Position numbers and translations under genes: made by a program. The notes below the pieces were generated by a model. The model saw only the letters and a program-made list of their open reading frames with translations, made no database searches and was not told the DNA's origin. A stretch of DNA of 63,535 nt, counting the filler. It is 7 parts of 7 records of this genome, joined end to end, with 100 filler letters (N's around TTAATTAATTAA, not from the genome) between each part and the next. Parts side by side here need not be neighbours in the genome. Positions count along the whole stretch, not along the records: positions 37,515 to 44,641 come from SRR20825010_2012; positions 44,742 to 56,022 come from SRR20825010_2016; 5 more parts are not named here. The stretch is one strand, 5' to 3'. Shown here piece by piece: positions 37,515 through 48,907 of this stretch (its first letter is position 1; each line of letters begins with the position of its first letter).

Positions 37515-38033
37515 CTGGCGGTCACCAATGATCAGCTCACGCTGACCACGGCCGATTGGCACCATGGCATCGATAGACTTGTAACCGGTTTGCACAGGCT
37601 CGTTAACTTCACGACGCCAGATAACGCCGGGCGCTACCTTTTCAACCGCGTCGGTCTGTTTGGCATCGACAGGGCCTTTGCCATCGATCGGGTTACCCAG
37701 AGCGTCAACCACACGACCCAGCATTTCGGGGCCAGTGGGGACTTCCAGGATACGACCGGTACAACGAACCTTTTGGCCTTCGGCCAGGCCCAGGTAATCA
37801 CCCAGTACCACGGCGCCGACAGAGTCTTGCTCCAGGTTAAGGGCCATGCCGTAGATGCCGCCCTCAAACTCGATCATCTCGCCGAACATCACGTCGGCCA
37901 GACCATGAATGCGCACAATACCATCGGATACGGAAACCACCGTACCTTCGTTGCGTGCTTCGGTGGAGGTATCAAGTTTCGCGATGCGCGACTTGATAAT
38001 CTCGCTGATTTCGGACGGGTTGAGTTGCTGCAT
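37515..38033 (-). CDS. atpA: F1 ATP synthase alpha subunit (3'-truncated)
   Basis: '[10 protein letters not shown]', 'DGIVRIHGL', '[15 protein letters not shown]'. Confidence 0.97.
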
Positions 38034-38049
38034 CTCTAATCCCTCAAAC

Positions 38050-38586
38050 TCAAGAGTTCAGTTGCTCTGCCAGACGGTTAAGTCGGCCGCGCACACTGCC
38101 ATCAATTACGGTATCGCCGGCTCGCACCAGCACGCCCCCAATCAGTGATTGGTCGACGGAAGTCGTGACATTCACTTCCGTTCCAAGGCGTTTCTTAAGC
38201 GCTGCTACCAGCTTGTCGGTAGCGGCATCGTCCAACTCGAATGCAGAGATCATCTCCACATCGGTGAACTGCTGCTGTTCGGCCAGAAGCTCGTGGAACA
38301 GTTGCAGGATGATTGGCAAAAGCGGCAGACGTTTGTTTTGCGTCAGTTGCGCAACGAAGTTGCGCACGCTTTCGTCCAGCTCATCACCACAGACTTCTGC
38401 AAAGGCAGAAGCCTTGGTGGCGTCATCCAGTTCCGGCTGGTCAAGGTAGGCACGCATGGAGGCATCACCTGCCACTGCTGCTGCCAGGCCCAGCATCTTC
38501 TCCCACTGCTCCAGGGCATCGTGTTCTTTTGCAAACACAAATGCGGCCTTGGCGTAGGGGCGTGCGATGGTGGTCAGTTCAGCCAT
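38050..38586 (-). CDS. atpH: ATP synthase delta subunit
   Basis: '[11 protein letters not shown]', 'LIGG…[13 protein letters not shown]'. Confidence 0.96.
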   Translation of the reverse strand: MAELTTIARPYAKAAFVFAKEHDALEQWEKMLGLAAAVAGDASMRAYLDQPELDDATKASAFAEVCGDELDESVRNFVAQLTQNKRLPLLPIILQLFHELLAEQQQFTDVEMISAFELDDAATDKLVAALKKRLGTEVNVTTSVDQSLIGGVLVRAGDTVIDGSVRGRLNRLAEQLNS

Positions 38587-38601
38587 GGGTTACCCGTATT
38601 C

Positions 38602-39072
38602 TCAGAGTTCAGCCGCCAGCTGCTCAAGCAACTGCGTGTGTGCGTCCTGGTTTACTTCGTTGCCCAGTACCTTTTCGGCACCGCTCAACGCCAGTACAGC
38701 CACTTCTTTACGCAATTGCTCGCGAGCCTGATTAACCTCTTGGTCAATCTCAGACTGGGCCTTGGCAATCAGACGCTCACCTTCGGTGCGCGCTGCATCT
38801 TTTGCCTCTTCCACAATCTGATTAGCCCGGCGATTGGCCTGATCAATAATTTCGGCCGCCTTCTCTTTAGATTCTTTGAGATTGGCGGTCGCCTTTTCCT
38901 GCGCCAGTTCCAGATCACGCTCTGCCCGATCCGCGGCACTCAGGCCTTCGGCAATCTTCTGCTTACGCTCATCCAGCGCCCGTGAAATCGGGGGCCAAAC
39001 GAACTTCATGCAGAAGAACACAAACAGGGCAAACCAAATGGCCTGGCCAATTAGTGTCGCATTAATATTCAT
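38602..39072 (-). CDS. atpF: ATP synthase subunit b
   Basis: '[10 protein letters not shown]…CMKFVWPPI…ER..KIAEGL', coiled coil. Confidence 0.96.
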   Translation of the reverse strand: MNINATLIGQAIWFALFVFFCMKFVWPPISRALDERKQKIAEGLSAADRAERDLELAQEKATANLKESKEKAAEIIDQANRRANQIVEEAKDAARTEGERLIAKAQSEIDQEVNQAREQLRKEVAVLALSGAEKVLGNEVNQDAHTQLLEQLAAEL

Positions 39073-39137
39073 GCCAACACCTCAATCCGCGTTGCTTTAG
39101 ATTTCCCTAAATCGGGGCTTAAACGTTAAAGCGCGAT

Positions 39138-39389
<252 letters not shown>

Positions 39390-39416
39390 TTAATTAAAAA
39401 CCGGTTTAAAAAAATC

Positions 39417-40343
<927 letters not shown>

Positions 40344-40769
40344 TCAGTCGTTTTGCCCGTCTTGCCCTGCTGTGCGTCCGTCGAGACGCGCGACCTGAAT
40401 CCAGCCCACGACCTGGGCGATCAGGAAGCCTAACAGCAGAACCATTGCACTTTTCATTTCCCGCGCTTCAGGGACCTTGGAGAATGTTAGCCAGAACAGC
40501 AACAACATGATTGCGATCTTGCCCATCTCGGCCCGCATCGCTGCGGTGGCCATGCGTTTTGGCGCACGGTTGCCCGGGTGCATCCATATCTGGAAGCCGC
40601 CCCAGGCATAAGCGATCAGGCTGATAGTGCCGCCCCAGGCAGCCACCAGACCGGCGAATACGCCAGCCAACCCGGTTACCAGCAGCCCAAACGCCACCAG
40701 CGTGGTTAGTTGAGCGCGCATTAAGCCCCAGAACAATGCTCTGTCGGGCTGAAATTCGTTGCTGGTCAC
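40344..40769 (-). CDS. atpI: ATP synthase protein I
   Basis: Four-TM protein immediately upstream of atpB, 'RAEMGK'; GTG start with GAGG RBS. Confidence 0.8.
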   Translation of the reverse strand: MTSNEFQPDRALFWGLMRAQLTTLVAFGLLVTGLAGVFAGLVAAWGGTISLIAYAWGGFQIWMHPGNRAPKRMATAAMRAEMGKIAIMLLLFWLTFSKVPEAREMKSAMVLLLGFLIAQVVGWIQVARLDGRTAGQDGQND

Positions 40770-41160
40770 CGTGAGCCTCTTGGCTGATGCAAAGTGATGC
40801 CACATCAGGCACTAAGGTCTCGGGCACCCCTGATCTTTAGCGCGGCGAAGTATATGGAGTTGGCACGCAAGTGGCAACCGCCGTGCGCGGATTGTTGGTC
40901 AAACTTCGCGCACTGAGACCGACTTTTCGTAGCGGGATGTGCACAAAACAGGAATGAACCTGATTCATGAAAAATAATGCTCAAAAGCGCTTTTTTTGTA
41001 TACCTGCGTGATGAGGCAACAACGCCTGAGCCACAGACCTCACAGACAGAACAACGCAGATTTTCCGACCGCCAACGAACCGGCAGCGTGACAATGACGC
41101 TACAGCCTGCATGGGGAAACAGCTTGTTGCAATATTCCCGCCGCAGGCAGCGTCATTCGA

Positions 41161-42075
41161 TTACTTGATATGCGCCAGAATACCGTCCAGCTCGTCCAGG
41201 TTGTTGTAGCTGATCACCAGCTTGCCCTTCTTGCCTTGCTGCTGGATCTGCACCGGCGCCCCGAGGCGATCTGACAGGTCACTGATCAACGCCTTCACGT
41301 TGGGATCTTCCTTCGGCGCCACCGGTTTGGCCGGTTTCGCTTTCTCGAAATCCCGGACCAGCTCTTCGGTCTGGCGCACCGACAGCCCCTTGGCGACCAC
41401 GGTGCGAGCGGCTTCGATCTGCTTGTTGCCTGTCAGGGCCAGCAGCGCACGGGCATGGCCCATTTCCAGATCGCCATGTTCAAGCAGCTTTTTGACGTCG
41501 GATTCCAGGCTCATCAGGCGCAGCAGGTTGGTAACCATGGCGCGGGACTTGCCCACCGCATCGGCCACCTGCTGGTGGGTAAGACCAAACTCTTCTTTCA
41601 GGCGACCCAGCGCGATGGCCTCTTCCATGGGATTGAGGTTTTCCCGCTGGATATTCTCGATCAACGCCATGGCGATGGCGGCTTCGTCAGGCACCTCGCG
41701 GATCACCGCCGGAATGGTATCCAGCTCGGCCATCTGCGCGGCGCGCCAACGGCGCTCACCGGCAATGATCTCGTAACGCTTGTCACCCAGAGGGCGCACC
41801 ACAATGGGCTGCATCACACCCTGGGCGCGGATGGACTCGGCCAGCTCTTCCAGCGCATCCGGGGACATGTCCCGGCGCGGCTGATAGCGGCCCCGCTCCA
41901 TGCACTCCACTGGCAGGTGGCGCAATTCGCCATCGCGGGGACGCTGATCGGGCTCACCCGTGGCTTCAGCCTCGTTCTGCAGGCTCACTTCTTCCTGGTG
42001 CCGCTGATAGGACTCATTGCTGCTAAGCAGGGCATCCAGGCCCTTGCTGAGACCGCGTTTACGCTTTGCCGCCAT
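41161..42075 (-). CDS. parB: Chromosome partitioning protein ParB
   Basis: 'KRGLSKGLDALL', 'YQPR', 'IIAGERRWRA', 'ENIQRENL', HTH 'VGKSR..VTN.LRL'. Confidence 0.96.
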   Translation of the reverse strand: MAAKRKRGLSKGLDALLSSNESYQRHQEEVSLQNEAEATGEPDQRPRDGELRHLPVECMERGRYQPRRDMSPDALEELAESIRAQGVMQPIVVRPLGDKRYEIIAGERRWRAAQMAELDTIPAVIREVPDEAAIAMALIENIQRENLNPMEEAIALGRLKEEFGLTHQQVADAVGKSRAMVTNLLRLMSLESDVKKLLEHGDLEMGHARALLALTGNKQIEAARTVVAKGLSVRQTEELVRDFEKAKPAKPVAPKEDPNVKALISDLSDRLGAPVQIQQQGKKGKLVISYNNLDELDGILAHIK

Positions 42076-42088
42076 GATGTTTCGTTCC

Positions 42089-42886
42089 TTATGAAGCTGC
42101 TGCAGGCTGGGCCTTGAGCGCCTGCTCACGACGCAGGATCTCACCGGCCAACGCCAGATAGCTGACCGCACCGCGGGATTTCGGGTCGTAGGTGATCACT
42201 GGCGCACCGTGGCTGGGCGCTTCCGCCAGCCGCACGTTGCGCGGAATGATGGTACGGTAAACCTTGTCGCCGAAGTGGCTGATCAGCTGGTTGGACACAT
42301 CGTTGGACAGGCTGTTGCGCGGGTCATACATGGTGCGCAGCAGGCCGCCAATGTGCAGCTTCGGATTCAGCACCGTGCGGATTTTCTCGATGGTGTTCAT
42401 CAGCGCGGTGAGGCCTTCCAGCGCGTAGTACTCGCACTGGATCGGCACAATCACCGAGTCCGCCGCCGTCAACGCATTGACGGTAAGCATGTTCAGGGAT
42501 GGCGGACAATCAATGAGGATGTAATCGTACTGGTCCCGGATACGCGCCAGCGCATTGCGCAGGCGAAATTCCTTGGCGGTCATGTCCAGCAACTGCACTT
42601 CGGCGGCGGTCAGATCCCCGTTGGCGGCAATCAGGTCAAAACCGGAATCTTCCGGGGTCCCCGTCACCGCTTGCTCGATGGCCACGTCATCGCACAGCAC
42701 ATCGTAAATGGTGTAGTCGGTGTCAAACTTGTCCACGCCGGACCCGGTGGTGGCATTGCCCTGCGGGTCGATATCCACAAGCATGACCTTCTTGCGGGTG
42801 GCCGCCAGCGACGCCGCCAGGTTCACACTGCTGGTGGTCTTGCCCACGCCGCCTTTCTGATTGGCTACGGCAAATACGGTGGTCAC
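42089..42886 (-). CDS. parA: Chromosome partitioning ATPase ParA/Soj
   Basis: Deviant Walker A 'NQKGGVGKTT', 'DPQGNAT', 'IDCPPSL', 'QCEYYALEG', 'IPRNVRLAEAPSHG'. Confidence 0.96.
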   Translation of the reverse strand: MTTVFAVANQKGGVGKTTSSVNLAASLAATRKKVMLVDIDPQGNATTGSGVDKFDTDYTIYDVLCDDVAIEQAVTGTPEDSGFDLIAANGDLTAAEVQLLDMTAKEFRLRNALARIRDQYDYILIDCPPSLNMLTVNALTAADSVIVPIQCEYYALEGLTALMNTIEKIRTVLNPKLHIGGLLRTMYDPRNSLSNDVSNQLISHFGDKVYRTIIPRNVRLAEAPSHGAPVITYDPKSRGAVSYLALAGEILRREQALKAQPAAAS

Positions 42887-42952
42887 TGCGTTCTCCTTGA
42901 TTTTACGCCTGACGCCTGGGGTCGAATGCCTGACGCAGCACCCCGCTCGACA

Positions 42953-43563
42953 TCAGGCCTTGTTCACTACCACCAGGGTGCGGGGCTCATCCAGGCCCGG
43001 CACGGTCAGGGTGTGATGGCGCCCTTGCCACTGCGTCGGCAGGGTGGCCAGCTCTTCTTCCGTGCTGGCCGCTTTCATGGCCAGCAAACGGGTATTGTCG
43101 GTCATTATGGGCGTCATCAACGCCAGCATGTCCGACAAGGAAGCAAAAGCGCGACAAATAATCTGCGATGGGGCTTTACGGTACTGTTCCACGCGACCGT
43201 GCACAACCTCCACGTTATCCAGCCCCAGCTCCCGGCGGGCCTGGCGCACAAAACGGGTTTTCTTGCCGTTGGAATCCAGCAGCACGAATGCCTGCCGGGG
43301 GCGGGCCACCGCGAGAATAATACCGGGGATACCAGCGCCGGTGCCCACATCCAGGGTATCGCCCTCTCCCAGATAGGGCAAAACGGCCAGGGAGTCGAGC
43401 AGGTGACGGGTCACCATCTCCTGCGGATCACGAATGGCGGTGAGGTTATAAGCCTGGTTCCATTTGACCAGCAGGTCCACATAGGCCAGCAACAGGCGCT
43501 GCTGGTCGTCACTCAGGGAAAGGCCCAGGGTATCGATGCCCCGGGCCAGGGTGTCAGCGAGAC

Positions 43564-43567
<4 letters not shown>
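42953..43567 (-). CDS. rsmG: 16S rRNA m7G527 methyltransferase RsmG (GidB)
   Basis: '[12 protein letters not shown]', 'HLLDSL', '[10 protein letters not shown]', 'DSNGKK', 'RAF'. Confidence 0.96.
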
Positions 43568-44641
<1,074 letters not shown>

Positions 44642-44741
44642 NNNNNNNNNNNNNNNNNNNNNNNNNNNNNNNNNNNNNNNNNNNNTTAATTAATTAANNN
44701 NNNNNNNNNNNNNNNNNNNNNNNNNNNNNNNNNNNNNNNNN
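44642..44741. other. Artificial contig spacer
   Basis: N44-TTAATTAATTAA-N44. Confidence 0.99.
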
Positions 44742-44779
44742 CCAGAGGGTCGGGAGTTCGAATCTCTCCGCCCCGACCA
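44742..44779 (+). tRNA. 3' half of a tRNA, most likely tRNA-Pro (anticodon not visible)
   Basis: CCAGA-GGGTC-GGGAG-TTCGAAT-CTCTC-CGCCCCG-A-CCA: anticodon 3' strand, T arm, and acceptor strand ending G72-A73-CCA (C1:G72 plus A73 is typical of bacterial tRNA-Pro). Confidence 0.8.
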
Positions 44780-44816
44780 ATCATCAAAATCCGAAATCCA
44801 GAGTTAGAGCGTCATC

Positions 44817-45287
44817 TCAAGATACGCTTGAGACGCTTTCATCTACTTTGTGGCGTCCCATTAGCTTGAAGACACCACTGGCCTTTAGCACCGGACGATT
44901 GCCCACATATAGCTCCGCCTCGCAAAAGGCGACAGAGCGCGTCGCTTTTGTTACGCGTGCCGTGCCCTCCAGCCATTCGCCTGGTCGTGCCGAAGATAAA
45001 AAGTCAGAATTCATCCGGATGGTCAGCGCCACGGTCTTTGTCGCGCGGAAGACTGCCGTCCCCAATAGGCCGTCAGCAAAAGCCATCAGCATCCCGCCAT
45101 GAGTGATCCCGCGCGAGTTGCAATGGCGCTCTTTAACCCGAACCCCATGCTGAAACCCATCTTCAGTTACGCGATGGTAAAACGGGCCATTGTGGCTGGT
45201 ATAAGGGCCACGCGTTGAAGACAGGGTAAAACCCTCCGGCGGGTTATCGTTCGCGACGGCTTCGGCATCTTGCATTGTATGGGACAT
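44817..45287 (-). CDS. PaaI-family hotdog-fold thioesterase
   Basis: 'HNGPFY', 'HCNSRGITHGGML..FAD', 'DFLSSARPGEW'. Confidence 0.88.
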   Translation of the reverse strand: MSHTMQDAEAVANDNPPEGFTLSSTRGPYTSHNGPFYHRVTEDGFQHGVRVKERHCNSRGITHGGMLMAFADGLLGTAVFRATKTVALTIRMNSDFLSSARPGEWLEGTARVTKATRSVAFCEAELYVGNRPVLKASGVFKLMGRHKVDESVSSVS

Positions 45288-45310
45288 TGGATCTCGTCAC
45301 TGGCGGGTCA

Positions 45311-45351
45311 AAAAACAGAGCGCCCCGCGGGAGATAATCCGCGAAGCGCTC
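45311..45351 (-). terminator. Intrinsic terminator after the double-CSD gene
   Basis: Minus strand GAGCGCTTCGCGG-N8-CCGCGGGGCGCTC-TGTTTTT. Confidence 0.7.
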
Positions 45352-45381
45352 ATTCATTCTAGACGGGAGCAGCAGCCCTTG

Positions 45382-45957
45382 TCAGTCTTGGCCTGCCGCA
45401 TCTTCATCTGTTGTCATTTCGGCGACCATCAGACCTTTAGGTCCTTCGCCAAACCGCACGCGCACTTCCTGTCCCGGCGTCAAGTCATACACACCGAAAC
45501 GGCGCAATGTTTCCATATGCACAAAAATATCCGGTGTGCCCTCGCCGCGTGTCACGAAACCATAGCCGCGTGCGCGATTGAACCACTTGACCACGACAAT
45601 TTCGAATTCACCGATCGGCACAACACCCGTTGAAGGCGAGCGCGGCGCAACGGAGCGAGATCCCTGTGTACCTCCACCGATCGCTGTGGAGTCATCTACG
45701 TCAATAACGCGCACGGCCTGATAGCCACGCGGGCGACGCACCGCCTCGCAAACCACGGTTGCACCTTCGTCAACGCTTTCGCGTCCAAACTGCTTCAAGC
45801 ATGAAGAGTGAATAAGTACATCGTCCCTGCCATCGTCAGGAACGATGAATCCATAGCCCTTGACCGCATCGAACCACTTGACGGTGCCGTTGATCTCAAA
45901 CGCCGTATCAGCAACAGTTCCGGCGGATTCGTCTAAACGTTCTTCCATCCCCACCAC
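45382..45957 (-). CDS. Cold-shock protein with two CSD domains
   Basis: Two copies of 'VKWF….GYGF' with 'DVLIH' and 'DIFVH'; start 45957 (GTG) or 45948 (ATG). Confidence 0.92.
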   Translation of the reverse strand: MVGMEERLDESAGTVADTAFEINGTVKWFDAVKGYGFIVPDDGRDDVLIHSSCLKQFGRESVDEGATVVCEAVRRPRGYQAVRVIDVDDSTAIGGGTQGSRSVAPRSPSTGVVPIGEFEIVVVKWFNRARGYGFVTRGEGTPDIFVHMETLRRFGVYDLTPGQEVRVRFGEGPKGLMVAEMTTDEDAAGQD

Positions 45958-46132
45958 GACATCAGCCTGGCAATCAAATTCCGTATTTCCGCAAACGCTT
46001 CAGTGTCACCTTGGCCTCGTCCGTATTCAGGACTTGATGACAAATTACTACGCTACGCCAACACTCATGATCACCGGAGTTTTTGTCTAGCCCGCAACTT
46101 ACGATGCGTGACCCCCCACTCATAATGAGGGA

Positions 46133-46160
46133 ACTATAACAGCGTAAAACGTTCTTTCAA
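46133..46160 (-). promoter_or_regulatory. Candidate sigma70 promoter for the double-CSD gene
   Basis: Minus strand TTGAAA, 16-bp spacer ending TG-T, then TATAGT (extended -10). Confidence 0.5.
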
Positions 46161-46328
46161 AGTCCCCACGACAATTCAGTGAATACTCGATCCGATTTTG
46201 TCGTTGTTGCGACCGGTTCTGCTTTACGTGGCACATGCGAATAGTGACAATGGTGAGTGATTTGGTTGCGGATTTGCAACGCACCTCATTCCGCCGAGGT
46301 CACCCCACCCGAGAAAGGGCCGTAAAGA

Positions 46329-46799
46329 ATGGCGAAGCTAATCGCCCTAAGTACCGCATTGTTTGCATTCTGGCTCGCTCTGTCGGGGCACTATACCCCG
46401 TTCCTTTTGGCTATGGGCTTAGGCTCCACACTACTTTGCGTCTATATCGCGCAACGAATGGGGTTGATCGATGAAGAAGCTGTGCCTACGCAGGTCAAGC
46501 TCTCGCTCTTCACCTATTGGTTTTGGCTTGTCATAGAGATTGTGAAGTCCAATTGGCAGGTCGGGCGCATGGTTCTTTCGCGAAAAATCGAGCTTAGCCA
46601 ACGCATTGTCCTTGTACCGAGCAGCCAGACAACCGAGATGGGGCGCGTTATTTTCGCCAATTCAATCACGCTGACACCAGGTACAGTCACAATTGAAACA
46701 GCCGAACACGCCATGCTTGTTCATGCGCTGGATGCCTCTTTTGTCCCATCGATGGAAGACATGGATCGCCGCGTCACCGCTGTAGAAGGTGCCCATTAA
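46329..46799 (+). CDS. mrpE: Mrp/Mnh Na+/H+ antiporter subunit E
   Basis: 'FW.ALSG', 'EIVKSN..V', 'FANSITLTPGT', 'VHAL'. Confidence 0.92.
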   Translation: MAKLIALSTALFAFWLALSGHYTPFLLAMGLGSTLLCVYIAQRMGLIDEEAVPTQVKLSLFTYWFWLVIEIVKSNWQVGRMVLSRKIELSQRIVLVPSSQTTEMGRVIFANSITLTPGTVTIETAEHAMLVHALDASFVPSMEDMDRRVTAVEGAH

Positions 46800-47134
46800 T
46801 GGACATGTTCGCACTGCCAACCATCGCCGTTTTCATAGCGATGCTACTTATAATCATTAGAAGTTTTATTGGCCCGAGCCTTTATGATCGCGTTTTGGCC
46901 GTCAATTCCATCGGCACATTGGTCGTCTTGCTGATCGGGCTTCTGGGTTTCCTCACCGGCCGGCCCGATTTTCTCGATATCGCGCTCCTTTATGCCCTGA
47001 CCAATTTTGTTGGCACCATCGCAGTGCTGAAATTTGTGCGTCACCGCTATCTGGGTGCGGCAAATCCGGCCAAGGATATAGCAAAAGACAATTTGCCCGA
47101 TCTGGCTGAACCCAACGGGGAGAACCGGACATGA
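46799..47134 (+). CDS. mrpF: Mrp antiporter subunit F
   Basis: 'GPSLYDRVLA.N', 'DIALLYAL.NF.GT'. Confidence 0.92.
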   Translation: MDMFALPTIAVFIAMLLIIIRSFIGPSLYDRVLAVNSIGTLVVLLIGLLGFLTGRPDFLDIALLYALTNFVGTIAVLKFVRHRYLGAANPAKDIAKDNLPDLAEPNGENRT

Positions 47135-47481
47135 ATATGGACATGATTGTCGATATCGCCAGTTGGGTCTGCTTTGGACTTGGCGGATTTATTCTCGTAG
47201 TCGGCGCATTGGGCTTTCTGCGCATGCCGGATTTCTGGTCACGCATTCATACGGCCGGCATGATCGACACATTGGGCAGCGCCCTCATCCTGCTCGGCAT
47301 GATGCTGCAAGGTGGCTTTACGCTCATCACTTTCAAGCTGGTGATGATCGGATTTTTCATTTTCATCGCGGGGCCGACAGCCACACATGCCATTGCCAAT
47401 GCCGCATGGGTCGCGGGTTTGATGCCGAAAGACCTCAAAAAGGATGACAGCGCTTTGATTGGCCGGAAGAAAACATCATGA
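47131..47481 (+). CDS. mrpG: Mrp antiporter subunit G
   Basis: 'G.LRMPDFWSRIH', 'DTLG', 'PTATHAIA.AA'. Confidence 0.92.
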   Translation: MNMDMIVDIASWVCFGLGGFILVVGALGFLRMPDFWSRIHTAGMIDTLGSALILLGMMLQGGFTLITFKLVMIGFFIFIAGPTATHAIANAAWVAGLMPKDLKKDDSALIGRKKTS

Positions 47482-48038
47482 GCATTATAATTGTTGATCT
47501 CATCCTGTTCAGCTTTCTGGTGCTGACAGCTTTTGCCATCATGCGTCTGCGCAATCTGTTTGCGGTCACCATGTTGTCAGGCCTTTTCAGCCTTCTTGCC
47601 GCGGCTCTTTTCGTGACTATGGATGCTGTGGACGTTGCATTCACCGAAGCTGCCATCGGGGCCGGTATTTCAACAATCCTGATGCTTGGTGCATTGGCGC
47701 TAACGCGGCGTGAAGAAAAACGACCAAGCCACAGCATGGGGATCCCTCTTCTGTGCTGCCTGGTCACGGGTACAGCACTGATCTATGGCACGCTCGACAT
47801 GCCCGATTTTGGCGATCCGGCATCGCCGGTTCAGACACATGTCGGCGGCAGCTACATCGCTTCCACAGAATCCGACATGGGCATTCCCAATATCGTTACG
47901 GCGGTTCTCGCCAGCTATCGTGGCTTTGATACGCTGGGTGAAACAGCCGTTATTTTTGTTGCCGCTATTTCAGTTCTTCTGCTGATCGGCTTCCCGCGCG
48001 GCGGGTCAGTCGGGCGCAAACAGGAAAAGGGTGAATGA
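47478..48038 (+). CDS. DUF4040 / MrpB-related subunit (equivalent of the MrpA C-terminal portion)
   Basis: 'DAVDVAFTEAAIGAG', 'PNIVTAVLASYRGFDTLGE'. Confidence 0.85.
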   Translation: MSIIIVDLILFSFLVLTAFAIMRLRNLFAVTMLSGLFSLLAAALFVTMDAVDVAFTEAAIGAGISTILMLGALALTRREEKRPSHSMGIPLLCCLVTGTALIYGTLDMPDFGDPASPVQTHVGGSYIASTESDMGIPNIVTAVLASYRGFDTLGETAVIFVAAISVLLLIGFPRGGSVGRKQEKGE

Positions 48039-48477
48039 TATGCATCACCATATGATCCTGCGCGTCGTCGCAAAAATGCTTCTGCCCCCCATTTTACTTT
48101 ATGCACTCTATGTTCAGTGGCATGGCGATTACGGTCCGGGCGGCGGATTTCAGGCCGGCGCTATTTTCGCGGTCGGGTTTATTCTATACGCGCTTGTTTA
48201 TGGCGTTGATGCGCTTGTCCGTGTCGTGCCGCCGCGCTTGCTGGTTGCCGGCATGGCAGTCGGTCTGCTGCTCTATGCGGGCACCGGCGTCGTCACTCTC
48301 TTTACCGGCCAGAACTATCTCGACTACTCCAGCCTCGTGCACGATCCCGTACATGCACAGGAATGGGGTATCCTGTTTGTTGAGCTGGGCGTCGGCATCG
48401 CCGTTGCCTGTGCCATGACCGCCATTTTTGTCGCCTTCGCCACACGCGAACCCGATATTGACGACGAGGATTGGTGA
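48031..48477 (+). CDS. mrpB: Mrp antiporter subunit B
   Basis: 'HGDYGPGGGFQAG', 'ELGVG'. Confidence 0.88.
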   Translation: MNDMHHHMILRVVAKMLLPPILLYALYVQWHGDYGPGGGFQAGAIFAVGFILYALVYGVDALVRVVPPRLLVAGMAVGLLLYAGTGVVTLFTGQNYLDYSSLVHDPVHAQEWGILFVELGVGIAVACAMTAIFVAFATREPDIDDEDW

Positions 48478-48478
48478 C

Positions 48479-48907
48479 ATGAACGAATTGCAGACCGAGC
48501 AGCTCGACCAGCTCCTCACATTCATTGCAGGTCACTACAATTACTGGATGGTCATCATTCTTATGATGATCGGCCTCTACATCACCATTTCGCGCGGCAA
48601 TCTTGTGAAGAAGATTGTGGGACTCAACCTGTTCCAGTCCGCTGTCTTCATGCTCTACATCTCGATGGGCAAAGTCGCGGGTGGCACGGCGCCCATCCTT
48701 ACGGGTCGTCCGGGAGAAGTTTATTCAAACCCGCTCCCGCATGTGCTGATCCTGACAGCGATTGTCGTGGGCATTTCCACAACGGCACTCGCTTTAGCGC
48801 TCACCGTGCGCATCCGCGAGAGCTACGGCACAATTGAAGAGGACGAAATCCTGGCAATCGAACGAGATGCGGAAGCGGAAGCCAACTCGGCTGGAGGCGC
48901 AAATTGA
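48479..48907 (+). CDS. mrpC: Mrp antiporter subunit C
   Basis: 'NLVKKIVGL', 'NPLPHVLILTAIVVG', 'YGTIEEDEI'. Confidence 0.93.
   Translation: MNELQTEQLDQLLTFIAGHYNYWMVIILMMIGLYITISRGNLVKKIVGLNLFQSAVFMLYISMGKVAGGTAPILTGRPGEVYSNPLPHVLILTAIVVGISTTALALALTVRIRESYGTIEEDEILAIERDAEAEANSAGGAN

Noticed and set aside
40806-41160. parB-atpI intergenic region as a possible oriC
   Set aside because: No cluster of TTATCCACA DnaA boxes or AT-rich unwinding repeats; consistent with the atp promoter region.
42905-42940. Short direct repeat GCCTGACGC, two copies, between rsmG and parA
   Set aside because: Only two 9-bp copies; no array structure or supportable function.
43185-43200. parS-like sequence TGTTCCACGCGACCGT inside rsmG
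   Set aside because: Only one half-site matches TGTTNCACGTGAAACA, and it is explained by the codons for GRVEQ.
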